63,906 bases of DNA, filler included, from Acidimicrobiia bacterium (GCA_041577335.1; 3 parts of 3 records of this genome joined end to end with filler, not necessarily neighbours in it), one strand, 5' to 3'. Positions 49,827 to 63,275 are shown, counted from the whole stretch's first letter. Notes: generated by a model not told the origin, from the sequence alone. Made by a program: numbers and translations.

Positions 49827-50711
49827 CTAAACCTTGAGGAATCGACGCAAGCCTAGAGTTGAGCCCGCCAGGCCTGCCAAACCGCCGAAGAGGACCAAAA
49901 TCGCTGCCCGCCGCCAGAAAAAGCCGTCGGCGACGTCAAGCTGGATCAAGTCTACCGCCGATCCCGCATCTGCCATCCACGGGCGGATGAGCGCCACCGT
50001 CGCGACCGCCAAGCCCGCCCCCAACAATCCTTCCAGGACTCCTTCGACAAGGAATGGGATACGAATGAACCAGTTGCTCGCCCCGACGAGTTTCATGATT
50101 CCAACCTCGTCACGCCGGGCGTAGATCGCCATTCGGACCGTGTTGGCGATCAGGACGACGGCAGCAGCAGCCTGGATCACAGCCAGCAGGAACGCCCCCA
50201 AGTTCAGGCCGGTCGTGAGCCCAGATATCCCTTCTAGGATGGTTCCCTGAGCGGTCACCGACCGCACGGCTGGCTTGTCGATGAGCCGCAGTTGCACATC
50301 GCGCCATCGGCTGATGTCGCTCAGCTGGATGCGTATGGACGCCGGAAGCGACGCCGGGTCGACCTCGCGGATGAGCGCGGGGCTGTTCGCGAAGATCTCC
50401 TGGAACTCCTCGTATGCTCCGGTCTGGTCCACGTACCGCGTCGACTCGACGACCTCCCAGTCGGCAATCTCGTTCTCGAGCCCGATATGAGACTCGAGTG
50501 TGATGCCGTCTGCCGAGCCCTTCAAGAAGACGATGACGTGGTCGCCGTCTTGCCACTGCACCGTGTTGACTCGCACGATCTCACCCAGCACCACGGCGCC
50601 CAATGCCAGAGTCAGCGAGACGAACACGGCGAGCACGGCGCCGGCCACGACCATGGGGTTGCGCCACATGTTGACCAGCGCCTCGCGGAACAGATATATC
50701 GGACGGGTCAT
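49827..50711 (-). CDS. ftsX: Cell division permease FtsX
   Basis: [31 protein letters not shown]. Confidence 0.93.
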   Translation of the reverse strand: MTRPIYLFREALVNMWRNPMVVAGAVLAVFVSLTLALGAVVLGEIVRVNTVQWQDGDHVIVFLKGSADGITLESHIGLENEIADWEVVESTRYVDQTGAYEEFQEIFANSPALIREVDPASLPASIRIQLSDISRWRDVQLRLIDKPAVRSVTAQGTILEGISGLTTGLNLGAFLLAVIQAAAAVVLIANTVRMAIYARRDEVGIMKLVGASNWFIRIPFLVEGVLEGLLGAGLAVATVALIRPWMADAGSAVDLIQLDVADGFFWRRAAILVLFGGLAGLAGSTLGLRRFLKV

Positions 50712-51400
50712 TGGGCAACGCCTTCTTCGTAGCGCCCGGTGTGCTGGTCGCGGGTGACCCTTCCATCGTCCAAGGCCACCACGCGCCGCCGCATGGCGTC
50801 GACGATGGCGTGGTCGTGGGTAGCCATGACCACAGTCGTACCCGTGCGATTGATCCGATCGAGCAACCGCATGATCCCGACCGACGTGCCGGGGTCGAGG
50901 TTTCCGGTCGGCTCGTCGCACAGGAGGATCGGAGGCCGGTTCACGAATGCCCGTGCCACCGATACCCGCTGCTGCTCACCACCCGAGAGTTGATGGGGAA
51001 ACCGTTCCGCCTTGCCGTCGAGGCCGACGAGCTCCAGAACCTGGCTCACCTGGGTATGCACAACGGTGCGGGGCCGCCCGATGACCTCGAGAGCGAACGC
51101 GACGTTTTCTGCCACAGTCTTCTGGGGAAGAAGCTTGAAATCCTGGAAGACCGTCCCAATGGTACGGCGCAGGTACGGCACCTTCCAGGAAGGAAGTTTG
51201 GTGATGTCTTTCCCGGCTACCCAGATCGTGCCGCGCGTTGTTTCCTCTTCGCGGAGCAACAATCTGATGAGGGTCGATTTTCCGGAGCCGGATGGGCCGA
51301 CCAGGAAGACAAACTCACCTTTGGGTATGTCGAGGGCAACGTCGCTCACAGCAACGGTGCCTCCGTCATAGATCTTGGTGACGTCTTGAAGACGAATCAT
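50708..51400 (-). CDS. ftsE: Cell division ATP-binding protein FtsE
   Basis: [38 protein letters not shown]. Confidence 0.95.
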   Translation of the reverse strand: MIRLQDVTKIYDGGTVAVSDVALDIPKGEFVFLVGPSGSGKSTLIRLLLREEETTRGTIWVAGKDITKLPSWKVPYLRRTIGTVFQDFKLLPQKTVAENVAFALEVIGRPRTVVHTQVSQVLELVGLDGKAERFPHQLSGGEQQRVSVARAFVNRPPILLCDEPTGNLDPGTSVGIMRLLDRINRTGTTVVMATHDHAIVDAMRRRVVALDDGRVTRDQHTGRYEEGVAQ

Positions 51401-51494
51401 GGACTTCGTTCACCTTTCGAACGCGTGGACGCGTCCGTCGTCTGAGTCCTTCGGGGTTTGCGGCAGGATACCAACGGTAGGGCCGCTACCTGAA

Positions 51495-52623
51495 TCAATC
51501 GCGGGCGATATCCACTTCGTGCTGCTCGCGCCGCCACTGCAAGTATGCCTCGGTGAAGGGGCTGATATCTCCATCCAGCACGCCGCCGATGTTGCCCACC
51601 TCCACATTCGTGCGAAGGTCCTTCACCATTTGATACGGCTGCATCACATACGAGCGGATTTGGCTTCCCCAGGCGGCTTCGGATTGCACTCCACGAATCT
51701 CGTCGAGGTGATCCATGCGCTCTTGGCGTTGTCGTTCGGCGAGCCGGGCACGCAGCAAGGTCATCGCTCGGGCCCGGTTCTGTATCTGAGATCGCTCCGC
51801 CTGGCTTCCGGCCACGATTCCCGAAGGAAGGTGTGTGATCCGAACCGCCGAATCAGTCGTGTTCACATGCTGGCCACCCGCCCCCTGGGAACGGAACGTG
51901 TCGATGCGCAGGTCTTCGTCGCGGACCTCGATGTCAGGTGCATCCTCGACCTCGGGAATGACATCGACCGCCGCGAACGACGTATGACGCCGGGCGTTGG
52001 CATCGAACGGGCTGATGCGAACCAGGCGGTGGACACCGCGCTCCCCCTCCAGAGTTCCATAGGCGTAGTCGCCGGTGGCGGTGAGCGAAGCAGACTTGAT
52101 GCCGGCCTCGTCGCCCGGACTCACTTCGTCCAAGGAAACGGTGAAGCCGGCTTTCTCCAGGAAGCGGAGGTACATCCTGAGGAGGATCTCTGCCCAGTCC
52201 TGCGCGTCGACGCCGCCTGCGCCGGCATGCACCGAGAGAATGGCGACGTGATCGTCGTAGTCGCCGAAATAGAGGCTTTCGGTCTCGAGCGCCTGTAGCT
52301 CGTTGTCGGTTCGCTCGAGTTCGGCGGCGATCTCATCGATGGCCGCCTGGTCTCCCTCGTCCTGGGCCATCTCGAGGAGAAGGGCTGCGTCGTCGATCGA
52401 GGCATCCAGGCTTGCCTGCCGCTCGAGAATGCGTTCGAGACGCGACAGCTTTCTCGTTACGTCCCGTGCTCGGTTCGGGTCATCCCACAGATTCGGGTCG
52501 GAAGCCAGTTCCCGAACGCTCTCCAACTCTTGCTCTTTGTTGTCGAGGTCAAAGAAACCTCCGCGCGTCGGCGAGCCGAGAGCGCAGGTCGGCAATTGCC
52601 GCCCGAGGATCATCTACCGCCAT
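51495..52623 (-). CDS. prfB: Peptide chain release factor 2 with programmed +1 frameshift at 52554-52548
   Basis: ATG 52623 gives MAVDDPRAAIADLRSRLADARRFL, then CTT-TGA-C; +1 frame continues DLDNKEQ; SPF and GGQ motifs. Confidence 0.95.
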
Positions 52624-55248
<2,625 letters not shown>

Positions 55249-55298
55249 AGTGAGACCATCCTATCGGTGTTCTCGTGTTGGCTCGCCATTCCGCCGGC

Positions 55299-56636
55299 TC
55301 AGATCGGACCCTGCTCGCCCATGCCCAGCTTCTCGATCAACTCGGCCGGTTCCAACCCAGCTCGCTCTGGGGAGAGCTGATCGACGATGGTTCGGTCGAC
55401 GAGACTGATCGGATCAGGCTCAGCGATCAGGACTCCGTCGGCGCCTCGGACGAGGACGGCATGGGGCAGCTCGGCAGGGTCTTCGGTGTGGTGGGTGACC
55501 ATTGCCATCTCTCCTCCGTCGAGCTCCAAGAACGAGCCGGCCGGGTAGACACCGATCATGCGGATGAATGCCTGCACCAGCTCGGGGTCGTACATCGTCC
55601 CCGATCCCTGCAGGAGCACCCGTAGCGCACGGTTCGGTGTCTCTGCGCGGCGATACGCCCGGCGCGTCGTGAGGGCGTCGTACGTGTCGGCCGTGGAGAC
55701 GAGCCGGCTGAAGAAATGGGCCGGGCGCGCGTACGCCAACGACGGGTAACCCTGGCCGTCATATCTGGCATGGTGCTCAAATGCCACCACGGCTGCGATC
55801 TCCTGGCCAGGAGCAGCGGCCGCGAGAATGGCAGCAGCGCCCTCTTGGGGATGGAGCTTGATCTCCGCCCATTGTTCTTTGTCGAGCCGGCCCGGATACT
55901 GCAGCGTCGCCGTCGACACTCTCACCTTGCCGATGTCGTGGAGCAATGCTCCAACGGCCATCAGCTTGAGGTCATCTTCGGGAAGCTCGGCCATACGTGC
56001 CAACGCAATCGCCAAGATGCACACGTTGACGGAGTGGTAAAAGGTGTATTCGTCGTGTGATTTCATCGTCGACAACAACACCGAGGCGGCAGGTTGCGCC
56101 AACGTCTGCTCGACGAGTTGTTCGACCACCCACGTCGCCCCAGACAGATCGAACTCCTCACCGGCGTCCAACGCCAGCGAGATGCCCCTCAGCACATCCA
56201 ACGAGCGCGCATACGATCGCCTCACGCCTGTGAATCCCTCACCTTGCTCGAGCTCGGAGCGGGTGTACGGGCGCTCGTTCAGACGGACGGTCCCCTCTGC
56301 CGGAAGGTCACCGGTGAGCGAGGCTATGAACGCGGCGAGATCGCGGAAATCGCCCACCGAAACCGGTGAGCGGAGCGTGATTGATTCGATGCCCCGAGAT
56401 TGCAACTCACGGAGCAAACCGTTGAATTCGAGTGACGTGTGGGCGAGAATCTCGCGCTCTTTGTAGAGCGAATCGCCAATCAGTGTGATATTGACTTGAT
56501 CGTCACCGGCCAGGCGGTTGGCGGCTTGGGTCCCGACATTGATCAGCTCGGCCAACGCCGGATGATCCTCGGGATAGAGATGGATCTGGTGGCTCGCAGC
56601 TCTGAGCCCGCTGAGGAATCCCCGCATTTCGATCAT
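55299..56636 (-). CDS. HD-GYP domain phosphodiesterase with uncharacterised N-terminal domain
   Basis: HSVNV, LHDIGK, HHARYDGQGYP, DTYDALTTRRAYR. Confidence 0.9.
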   Translation of the reverse strand: MIEMRGFLSGLRAASHQIHLYPEDHPALAELINVGTQAANRLAGDDQVNITLIGDSLYKEREILAHTSLEFNGLLRELQSRGIESITLRSPVSVGDFRDLAAFIASLTGDLPAEGTVRLNERPYTRSELEQGEGFTGVRRSYARSLDVLRGISLALDAGEEFDLSGATWVVEQLVEQTLAQPAASVLLSTMKSHDEYTFYHSVNVCILAIALARMAELPEDDLKLMAVGALLHDIGKVRVSTATLQYPGRLDKEQWAEIKLHPQEGAAAILAAAAPGQEIAAVVAFEHHARYDGQGYPSLAYARPAHFFSRLVSTADTYDALTTRRAYRRAETPNRALRVLLQGSGTMYDPELVQAFIRMIGVYPAGSFLELDGGEMAMVTHHTEDPAELPHAVLVRGADGVLIAEPDPISLVDRTIVDQLSPERAGLEPAELIEKLGMGEQGPI

Positions 56637-58516
56637 GAATTCAATGCCTTTCGGGCCGTGTCACGAACAGTTCGGGCCGAGCCCGACAGTACGAAGCGCT
56701 TGTTGCCGAGCCGCCCGAGGGCCGCTTCTGCCGGAGGGGTTCTGCGAGCCCCCAACGCTTCGATTGCCGTCACCCTCTCAGCCAAACCGAGGCGCCGGTC
56801 GGAGGCCGCCGTGATGAGACCCTCCTCGGCGCGATCACCGGGAGCCGAGCCCAGCAACGTCAGCGCGGTCGTGCGCACATCTCCGGCGGAGTCCTTCAAT
56901 GCTGCCTCTAGGTGAGGCACCGACTCTTCCGGAGCAGCGTTGGCCACCACGCGGAGCGCCTCGACCCGGACACGATGGTCTGGGTGAGACAGTGCGGGCA
57001 CGATCGCGTCCGCCCGCAAAGGGCTGCCCGATTCGCGCAATGCCCAGAGAACATTGCGGACCATATACCAGCGCTCGTCCCCCAAACGGCCTATGAGAGG
57101 CGCAGGATTCTGCTTTCCGACGTCGGCAACCACCCGCATGAGCATGCGACGGCGGGGCGCCGACTGCTCGTCGGCGAGAAGATCGAGTAGAGCATTGGCG
57201 GCCTTCGGCCCGAGTGCTTGGAGGATCTTTCCGGCGGCTTCCTCGTTCTTGCCGGCGGCCTCCACGATGACGCCCATGAGCTCGGCTGTCGCCATCAGCC
57301 CCAACGCCTCGTCCACCTCGGACTGACGGTGCACCGGGTAGGTCGGCTTGGTGGTAGCGGCTCGGAGCCAGAGCTCGGCCCGGCGAAACTGGCGGCGGCG
57401 AATGGAGTCGGAGACCTTTCCGACCCAGATCCTCATGAGCCGCGCAAAACGCCGATCGCGGTCTTCCACGGCCAACAGTCCCCGGAAGACTTCCAGCGCG
57501 TCGTAGAAATAGCGCTGCGGGTTGGGAAAACGATCACGTACGGCTGCCAAGACTCGCCCTCCCTCGATGGCAGCGTCATCGATACTCGTGAGACGTTCCT
57601 GCACCTTGGCTGCAGCAACTTCTCGCATGGACTGAAGGGCCTCGGGGTTGCGAAGGATCCCGAGCAGCTCCTGAGGTCGGCCATCCGCTTGATCGGTGGC
57701 CACCCGGGCGTAGTCGAGCAGCAGCGACAATCCCTGGGAGTCGAGGCGCGGCGCCAGCCTCGCCAGCTCATGTCCGGCGAACTGGTCGAGGAACACCCCG
57801 TCGAACTGATGATCGGACGACAGGAATCGCCGGAAGCAAGCAATCTGGCCGGGCTCATCGAAGTAGAAAAAGGCCTCCACAAACGCCTGGACCACCGCCT
57901 CGCGGCCATCTACATCGTCATCGGTGACCTTGTCGAGCGTCTCGCGATACTGGCTGTGCAAGAGATCGGCGAGTCGCTCGGGATCGCCACCCGACTCCTC
58001 GATCAGGCGTGAGGCGAACTCGGCCGGAGACAGCACGTTCTCGAGGATTTCACGAACCGCAGGGTCCCGATCGATCGCCTGCTCGCGAGCACCCGTGGCA
58101 AGCTGAGAACGTTGCACAACCGTGAAGCTGCTCACTCCCCCCCTCCGCAGGGCAGCTTCGATGCCACCGGCTGCCATCGATGCCTTCTCGTCTCGATCGA
58201 GAGCAGCAAACAGGCGGGCGACTTCATCCTCTGTAGGAGGCGACAGCATCATGACACTCTCGACGTGGTGGAGGTAGCAGCGCTTGGCCAGACGATCGGC
58301 GCCCTCTCGATCGGCGGCTACCGCGACACCTCCCGACAGGAACCCTCCCACGTCCAAATCGAGCGTGATCGGATCACCGATCACGCCTCGGATCGACTCG
58401 ATGGCGCGGCGGAAAGCGGGCTGGCTCGCCGGGTCCGGGTAGAGGCTATGAACGGTCCACGCAGTGCCGAGAGCCTCGACGATTGCAACACTGGTGGAGA
58501 GGTTCGATCGCTCCAT
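56633..58516 (-). CDS. HEAT-repeat protein
   Basis: C-terminal repeats LGDERWYMVRN, LSHPDHRVRVEA, LKDSAGDVRTTA. Confidence 0.85.
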   Translation of the reverse strand: MERSNLSTSVAIVEALGTAWTVHSLYPDPASQPAFRRAIESIRGVIGDPITLDLDVGGFLSGGVAVAADREGADRLAKRCYLHHVESVMMLSPPTEDEVARLFAALDRDEKASMAAGGIEAALRRGGVSSFTVVQRSQLATGAREQAIDRDPAVREILENVLSPAEFASRLIEESGGDPERLADLLHSQYRETLDKVTDDDVDGREAVVQAFVEAFFYFDEPGQIACFRRFLSSDHQFDGVFLDQFAGHELARLAPRLDSQGLSLLLDYARVATDQADGRPQELLGILRNPEALQSMREVAAAKVQERLTSIDDAAIEGGRVLAAVRDRFPNPQRYFYDALEVFRGLLAVEDRDRRFARLMRIWVGKVSDSIRRRQFRRAELWLRAATTKPTYPVHRQSEVDEALGLMATAELMGVIVEAAGKNEEAAGKILQALGPKAANALLDLLADEQSAPRRRMLMRVVADVGKQNPAPLIGRLGDERWYMVRNVLWALRESGSPLRADAIVPALSHPDHRVRVEALRVVANAAPEESVPHLEAALKDSAGDVRTTALTLLGSAPGDRAEEGLITAASDRRLGLAERVTAIEALGARRTPPAEAALGRLGNKRFVLSGSARTVRDTARKALNS

Positions 58517-59166
58517 CAGTCGAGCGTGATCAGCTCTTCCCGGATTGCATACATCACAGCTTCGCCACGAGAGTGGAGACCGAGCTTGTCGAGGATGTTC
58601 CGGACGTGGTTCTTCACGGTGTTCTCCGAGATGAACAGCCGATCTCCGATTTCCTTGCTGGTGAGGCTCTGCGCGACATAGCGCAGGACTTCGATTTCGC
58701 GGCCTGTCAAAACGGGCTTTCGGATTCCGATCATGTCGCGATGGCGAACCATCTGGCCCACGGTGTCGAAGAGCTTGCCAAGCATGTCCGGCGAGACCAC
58801 GGCCCCTCCTTCGGCCACGGCGGCGATGGCTGCCACCAGGTCCTCCAGCGGCGTGTCCTTGACGATGTACCCGCGCGCACCCGCTTTGATAGCCGCCAAG
58901 AGGTCCTCCTCCGATTCGGAGGCGGTCAGGAGGAGAACCTTCGAGTTGGAGGCAACCCCAATGATCTTGTCGACAACCTCGAGGCCCGACATCCCCGGCA
59001 TCAAGACGTCGAGGACCACGACGTCTGGGTCGAGCTCTTGGGCCTTCGCCACTGCCGCCATCGCATCTGATGCTTCACCCACGACGTCAAAACCGGACGA
59101 GCGCAGAGCCGCCGTGAGGCCGGCTTGGAAGAGCAAAGCGTCGTCAACGACGAGGATGCGCGTCAT
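58516..59166 (-). CDS. NarL/LuxR-family response regulator
   Basis: VVDD, LDVLMP, GYIVK, LTGREIEVL...ISENTVKNHVRNILDKL. Confidence 0.93.
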   Translation of the reverse strand: MTRILVVDDALLFQAGLTAALRSSGFDVVGEASDAMAAVAKAQELDPDVVVLDVLMPGMSGLEVVDKIIGVASNSKVLLLTASESEEDLLAAIKAGARGYIVKDTPLEDLVAAIAAVAEGGAVVSPDMLGKLFDTVGQMVRHRDMIGIRKPVLTGREIEVLRYVAQSLTSKEIGDRLFISENTVKNHVRNILDKLGLHSRGEAVMYAIREELITLD

Positions 59167-59711
59167 GCCGGCTCGATCAGCCCATAGGCGCCATCACGCC
59201 GCCGGTAGACAACACTCGTCAGATCCGTGTCGACGTTGTTGAACAAAAAGAAGTTGTGGCCCAGCAACTCGAGCTGCAGGATGGCCTCTTCCGCCGTCAT
59301 CGGCTTCATCACAAACTGCTTGGTTCGCACGATTTCCAACTCATCCTCGAAATCCACAACCGGTTCTGGCGGCATACCTGGCACCTGCTCGCCTCGGCGC
59401 GGCCGCGACCGGCTGACGAGGCGGTCTTTGAGCTTCTTGAGCTGTTTTTCGAATCGGTCAACGGCCAAGTCCAAAGCGTTTTCCATGGTGTCGCTCGCCG
59501 ACTCGACGCGAACCGTATTGCCCCCCGCTCCGGCGGTGATCTCAACACGGCATCTTTCTGGGGCGAGACGCGGGTTGCGCTCTTCCGACAGCTCGACATC
59601 GACCACGCTCACCGCGTCGAAGATACGCGAAGCCTTCCCCACTTTTCGTTGCACGATCTCGCGAAATCTCTCGTCGATCGTCGTGTGACGCGTGTGAACT
59701 CTTACGTCCAT
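59163..59711 (-). CDS. hpf: Ribosome hibernation promoting factor (long HPF/RaiA)
   Basis: N-terminal S30AE-like domain; KPMTAEEAILQLELLGHNFFLF...VVYRRRDGAYGLIE. Confidence 0.92.
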   Translation of the reverse strand: MDVRVHTRHTTIDERFREIVQRKVGKASRIFDAVSVVDVELSEERNPRLAPERCRVEITAGAGGNTVRVESASDTMENALDLAVDRFEKQLKKLKDRLVSRSRPRRGEQVPGMPPEPVVDFEDELEIVRTKQFVMKPMTAEEAILQLELLGHNFFLFNNVDTDLTSVVYRRRDGAYGLIEPA

Positions 59712-60298
59712 GTTCCTCCGGGGTCTGCAGTGCGAAGGAGACTAGTCACTCCGCGCACGGACGTTGCGCTTAGCGCGGAACCCACGACGCCACCGAGCGC
59801 GCCCGCTGCCGCATTGATCGTCCGCCCGGTCGTGACCACATCGTCGACCAAGACGGCACCGGCGGCGACCCGACCACGAGCGGTGAATGCCGGAGGCTGA
59901 CGTTGCGCTCGAGGGGCGCCGGCATTGGCGCGCCCTCCGACCGGGGCGCGTAACGCAGGCACCACCGGTATCCCGGTGCGGCGGCTCACTTCACGTGCCA
60001 GCGCCTTCGCCGGGTCAATGCCATATCTCCACCGACGGACCCATGTCCTCGGGACTGGCACGAGTGCCGTTGTAGACGGATCGATGATCGCCGCGATGGC
60101 ATCGGCCAGAACGCTCAGTGCGCGGGGCGACCCTCCGTACTTGATGTGGAGCACCAGTTGGCGGGCCGCTCCCTCATGGAGGTAGGGGGCGCGCACCACC
60201 ACATTCCCGACTATCCGATCAGAAGCCGGCACGCAGCTGCGCCGGCACGGATGGCACAGCGGCTCTCTTGCAGCGGTCCCGCAGGCTGAGCACCACAT
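59702..60298 (-). CDS. comF: ComF-family phosphoribosyltransferase-like protein
   Basis: CxxC...CxxC, VPVP, LVDDVVTTG. Confidence 0.8.
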   Translation of the reverse strand: MWCSACGTAAREPLCHPCRRSCVPASDRIVGNVVVRAPYLHEGAARQLVLHIKYGGSPRALSVLADAIAAIIDPSTTALVPVPRTWVRRWRYGIDPAKALAREVSRRTGIPVVPALRAPVGGRANAGAPRAQRQPPAFTARGRVAAGAVLVDDVVTTGRTINAAAGALGGVVGSALSATSVRGVTSLLRTADPGGTWT

Positions 60299-60329
60299 CG
60301 GCCCAACGTACGAGCCGGGTGGGACAGAA

Positions 60330-60384
60330 TCAGGTTCCCTCACTCCAACTGGCGAGATACCGCCGCTGCTCATCGGTGAGCTCC
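60330..60384 (-). CDS. ahcY: C-terminal fragment, probably adenosylhomocysteinase
   Basis: Reads ELTDEQRRYLASWSEGT-stop, resembling AhcY C-termini; truncated by the linker. Confidence 0.65.
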
Positions 60385-60484
60385 NNNNNNNNNNNNNNNN
60401 NNNNNNNNNNNNNNNNNNNNNNNNNNNNTTAATTAATTAANNNNNNNNNNNNNNNNNNNNNNNNNNNNNNNNNNNNNNNNNNNN
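60385..60484. other. Artificial contig linker
   Basis: N-run, TTAATTAATTAA, N-run; 100 nt. Confidence 0.98.
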
Positions 60485-62330
60485 ACGGCAGATCGGTGTC
60501 GCCCCGTACAAGTCGGTTGACTTCTCCCCAAACCGGGTCCGGGCGCCCGTGATGCTCCACCAATTCGGAAACCGCCGCACGGAAGGCCTCCTCGAGCTCA
60601 TCATCGCCGACCGCGTCTTCAATGAGTTGGGACGGATCGAGGTCCACATCTGCATCGAGCAGCTCGGCCAGAGTGGCGATGACCAATGCCGGTTCGCGGT
60701 CGAAAGAATTCATCGCGCCATCCCAGCCTGCGATCACCGCCACCGCATCCGCGAGTGCTTCCTCGCCGGACCACGGAGCAGCGACGATCCGGTCGCGAAC
60801 CACCATCGGCAGCGACTCCGGCTCATATTGGAGGTCGAACTTCATGGCCCGGAGCTCGAGCGGATCGATGGCATCGTCGGAACTGAGGAGCCGGCGCGCT
60901 CGCAACGATCGGTTGGTCTCGTGGGCTTCCAATCCCATGTGCGCCGGGAATGCGTCGGCCTGAGGAGCGTCGGGGCCGATCGTCGCGCCGAATGGCGAGC
61001 TGTTGGCGCTCAAGATGAAACCCGACGCCGGATTGACAATCCACGGCAGTTCGTCGATCGGCAGATATTGCTCCCAGATCGCAGCCGAATCGTCGGTGGC
61101 AATGTACGAGCCCCACTCATATCCCGCGGAACGGTCCGGAAACAGACCGTGGTACAGATATGCGATCGTCCCGGTTCGGTCGGCGTAGCCAATGCTGAGA
61201 CTCGGTAGACCACTCTGGCTCTCCAACGCCGACCGCCATTCCTCAAATCCGGTTGCCTTGTTCATTCGATACAGCTGTTCAACCATCCCGGCTTGGCCCA
61301 TGCCGGCGTATCTAATGGCATACACCCCATGATCTGCGCGTATGACGGGACCAAACGCCGACCACACGCCCTCCCGATGGACCGTCCAGTGAAGCCGCCC
61401 GGCGAGGCGGACCTCAATGGGCACATCGAATATCTCGAAATCCACCCACGCTCCGTCGAGCCGGTACTGGTCGGGGTCCGCTGGATTCGTCTCGAGGAGG
61501 TAGACATCGATCAGATCGGGATGGTTGACAGTGAACGACCATCCGAGGTCACGGTTGTGACCCAGTGCGAGAACTGGCATACCTGGAAAGAGAGCACCCG
61601 TCATATCCCACCCCTCGTCGCTGGTTACGTGCGCTTCGTACCAAGCGACCGGCCCGGTCCAGGGCTGATGGGAGTTGGCGGCGAGCATCGTCTCCCCGCT
61701 CTGCGATCGGATCGGAGATACAGCCATGACGTTCGAGCCATGGCGACCCACGTCGGTTCCCAAGGCTTCGAGATCGGGGCGCTCGTCCGAGAAGAGGCCG
61801 CCGAGCACAGCATCAATGCCGAAGAACAAGGGAGCCTTCTGCACGAAGCCGGCCACGACATCCTTGCCGGTCACAGGAAAGACTCCGGGAAACGCTTGAT
61901 CCGGGTTGAGCGCGGCATAGTGGTTGACGCCGTCGGCATAGGCGTCGAGTAGAGCACGCGTGTCGGGAGCGAGATCCTGCCAGCCCGAATCAACGGTCTC
62001 TCTGATCTTCAGCAGCCCAACGATGTAGTCGACAGGAGCAGCGTCGGGCCCAGAATGGGTGGCCAGGTCGCCACGGGCAGCCAATAGGCTCAGTTGGATC
62101 GTCTCGAAATCATCCTCGGCGTGGGCAAAGGCCAGACCGTAGGCCGCATCGGCATCGGCAACACCACGGATGTGGGGAACGCCCCAGGAGTCACGAAGGA
62201 TCGTGACGTCATAGGTTCCACTGGGAACCGCCAGATCGGCAACCTCGGGTGCCGCAGATTGGGGCCAGAACACCCACATCGCCCCTGCCAGCCCGCACAG
62301 GACCAATGCGAGGGCGAGACGTTTCAGCAC
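60485..62330 (-). CDS. Penicillin acylase family (Ntn hydrolase); 3' truncated
   Basis: RDSWGVPHI, FAHAED, GSN nucleophile site, NSHQPW, WYEAH. Confidence 0.9.
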
Positions 62331-62351
62331 GAGGTCAGGACGGTTGAGGGG

Positions 62352-62798
62352 TCACGAGCCGAGCGCGGCCACCATGGCGTACACCGTGAAAAGCACGAGC
62401 ACCGTATCGAGCAAGCCGAAGGTCCGGAGCTTCCCGTCCAGCTGGCGGACCGCGTCGTCATCGCCGGCCTCAACGGCCTCAGCGAGGCTCCGGCCGGACG
62501 GCGCAAAGACCATCCCGCTAAGGGCTCCGCCGACGATCACCATGCCGATGCCGATGAGAACGAACAGGTTGCCGTAGCTGTAGTTGAGGGACCGAACCAA
62601 CTCGATTCCGGTGAGAAGTAGAACCACCGCCGCCGGGTTGTAGATGCGCCTACTGAAACCGGCGGCCGTTCGGGCCCACGTAGCTTTTACGAGCGGCCCG
62701 CCATCGGCCAAGAGCGGCGGCGCCACGGCCCGGACGACATTGGTTCCAATCCACGCGCCCGCCGCCACGATGTGCAGCCACAACACCACATTGGTCAT
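62352..62798 (-). CDS. DUF2269-like membrane protein
   Basis: LHIVAAGAWIG, four TMs. Confidence 0.65.
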   Translation of the reverse strand: MTNVVLWLHIVAAGAWIGTNVVRAVAPPLLADGGPLVKATWARTAAGFSRRIYNPAAVVLLLTGIELVRSLNYSYGNLFVLIGIGMVIVGGALSGMVFAPSGRSLAEAVEAGDDDAVRQLDGKLRTFGLLDTVLVLFTVYAMVAALGS

Positions 62799-62900
62799 CA
62801 GTCACCCTTTCTTTGCCCCTTGGCGATCCCTGAGACCATACGGGGATTTCCAGGGGTTTACCCCATTTCGCTCTCGATCCGCCGGGTCGACACTAATGAG

Positions 62901-63275
62901 ATGAAGACGCTTGCTCCTCCGGTGCTGCCGGATTCCCGCCGAGAGACATTGCGCATCTTGTTGTTGGTCCAGGCCGGCATCTTCTTTGTCTCACTCTTTG
63001 AGGCTGCGGTTGCATCGCTGCTCTTCCCTGGGCCAATCGGCGTCGTCGGCAACACGATCGCAATCGCTGCACTCATGTGGTTCATTTGGGCAGCCGGCCG
63101 GGGAAGGTCACCGCGCAGCCTCGTCTGGTTCGAGCGCTCCTTGCTCGTATGGTTCCTCCTCGACACCGCCTTGTCACTAGGGCTGGCTCATCGCCCACTC
63201 GAGCTGGTGCCGACCCTCACCCGCCTGGTCCTCCCATTGGCGATCTTGAGCCTCGTGAAGCGGACACGACCATGA
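62901..63275 (+). CDS. Small membrane protein
   Basis: About four hydrophobic segments; stop overlaps the next ATG. Confidence 0.6.
   Translation: MKTLAPPVLPDSRRETLRILLLVQAGIFFVSLFEAAVASLLFPGPIGVVGNTIAIAALMWFIWAAGRGRSPRSLVWFERSLLVWFLLDTALSLGLAHRPLELVPTLTRLVLPLAILSLVKRTRP

Noticed and set aside
52548..52623. prfB as a pseudogene, or starting at 52613
   Set aside because: The break coincides exactly with the canonical programmed frameshift site
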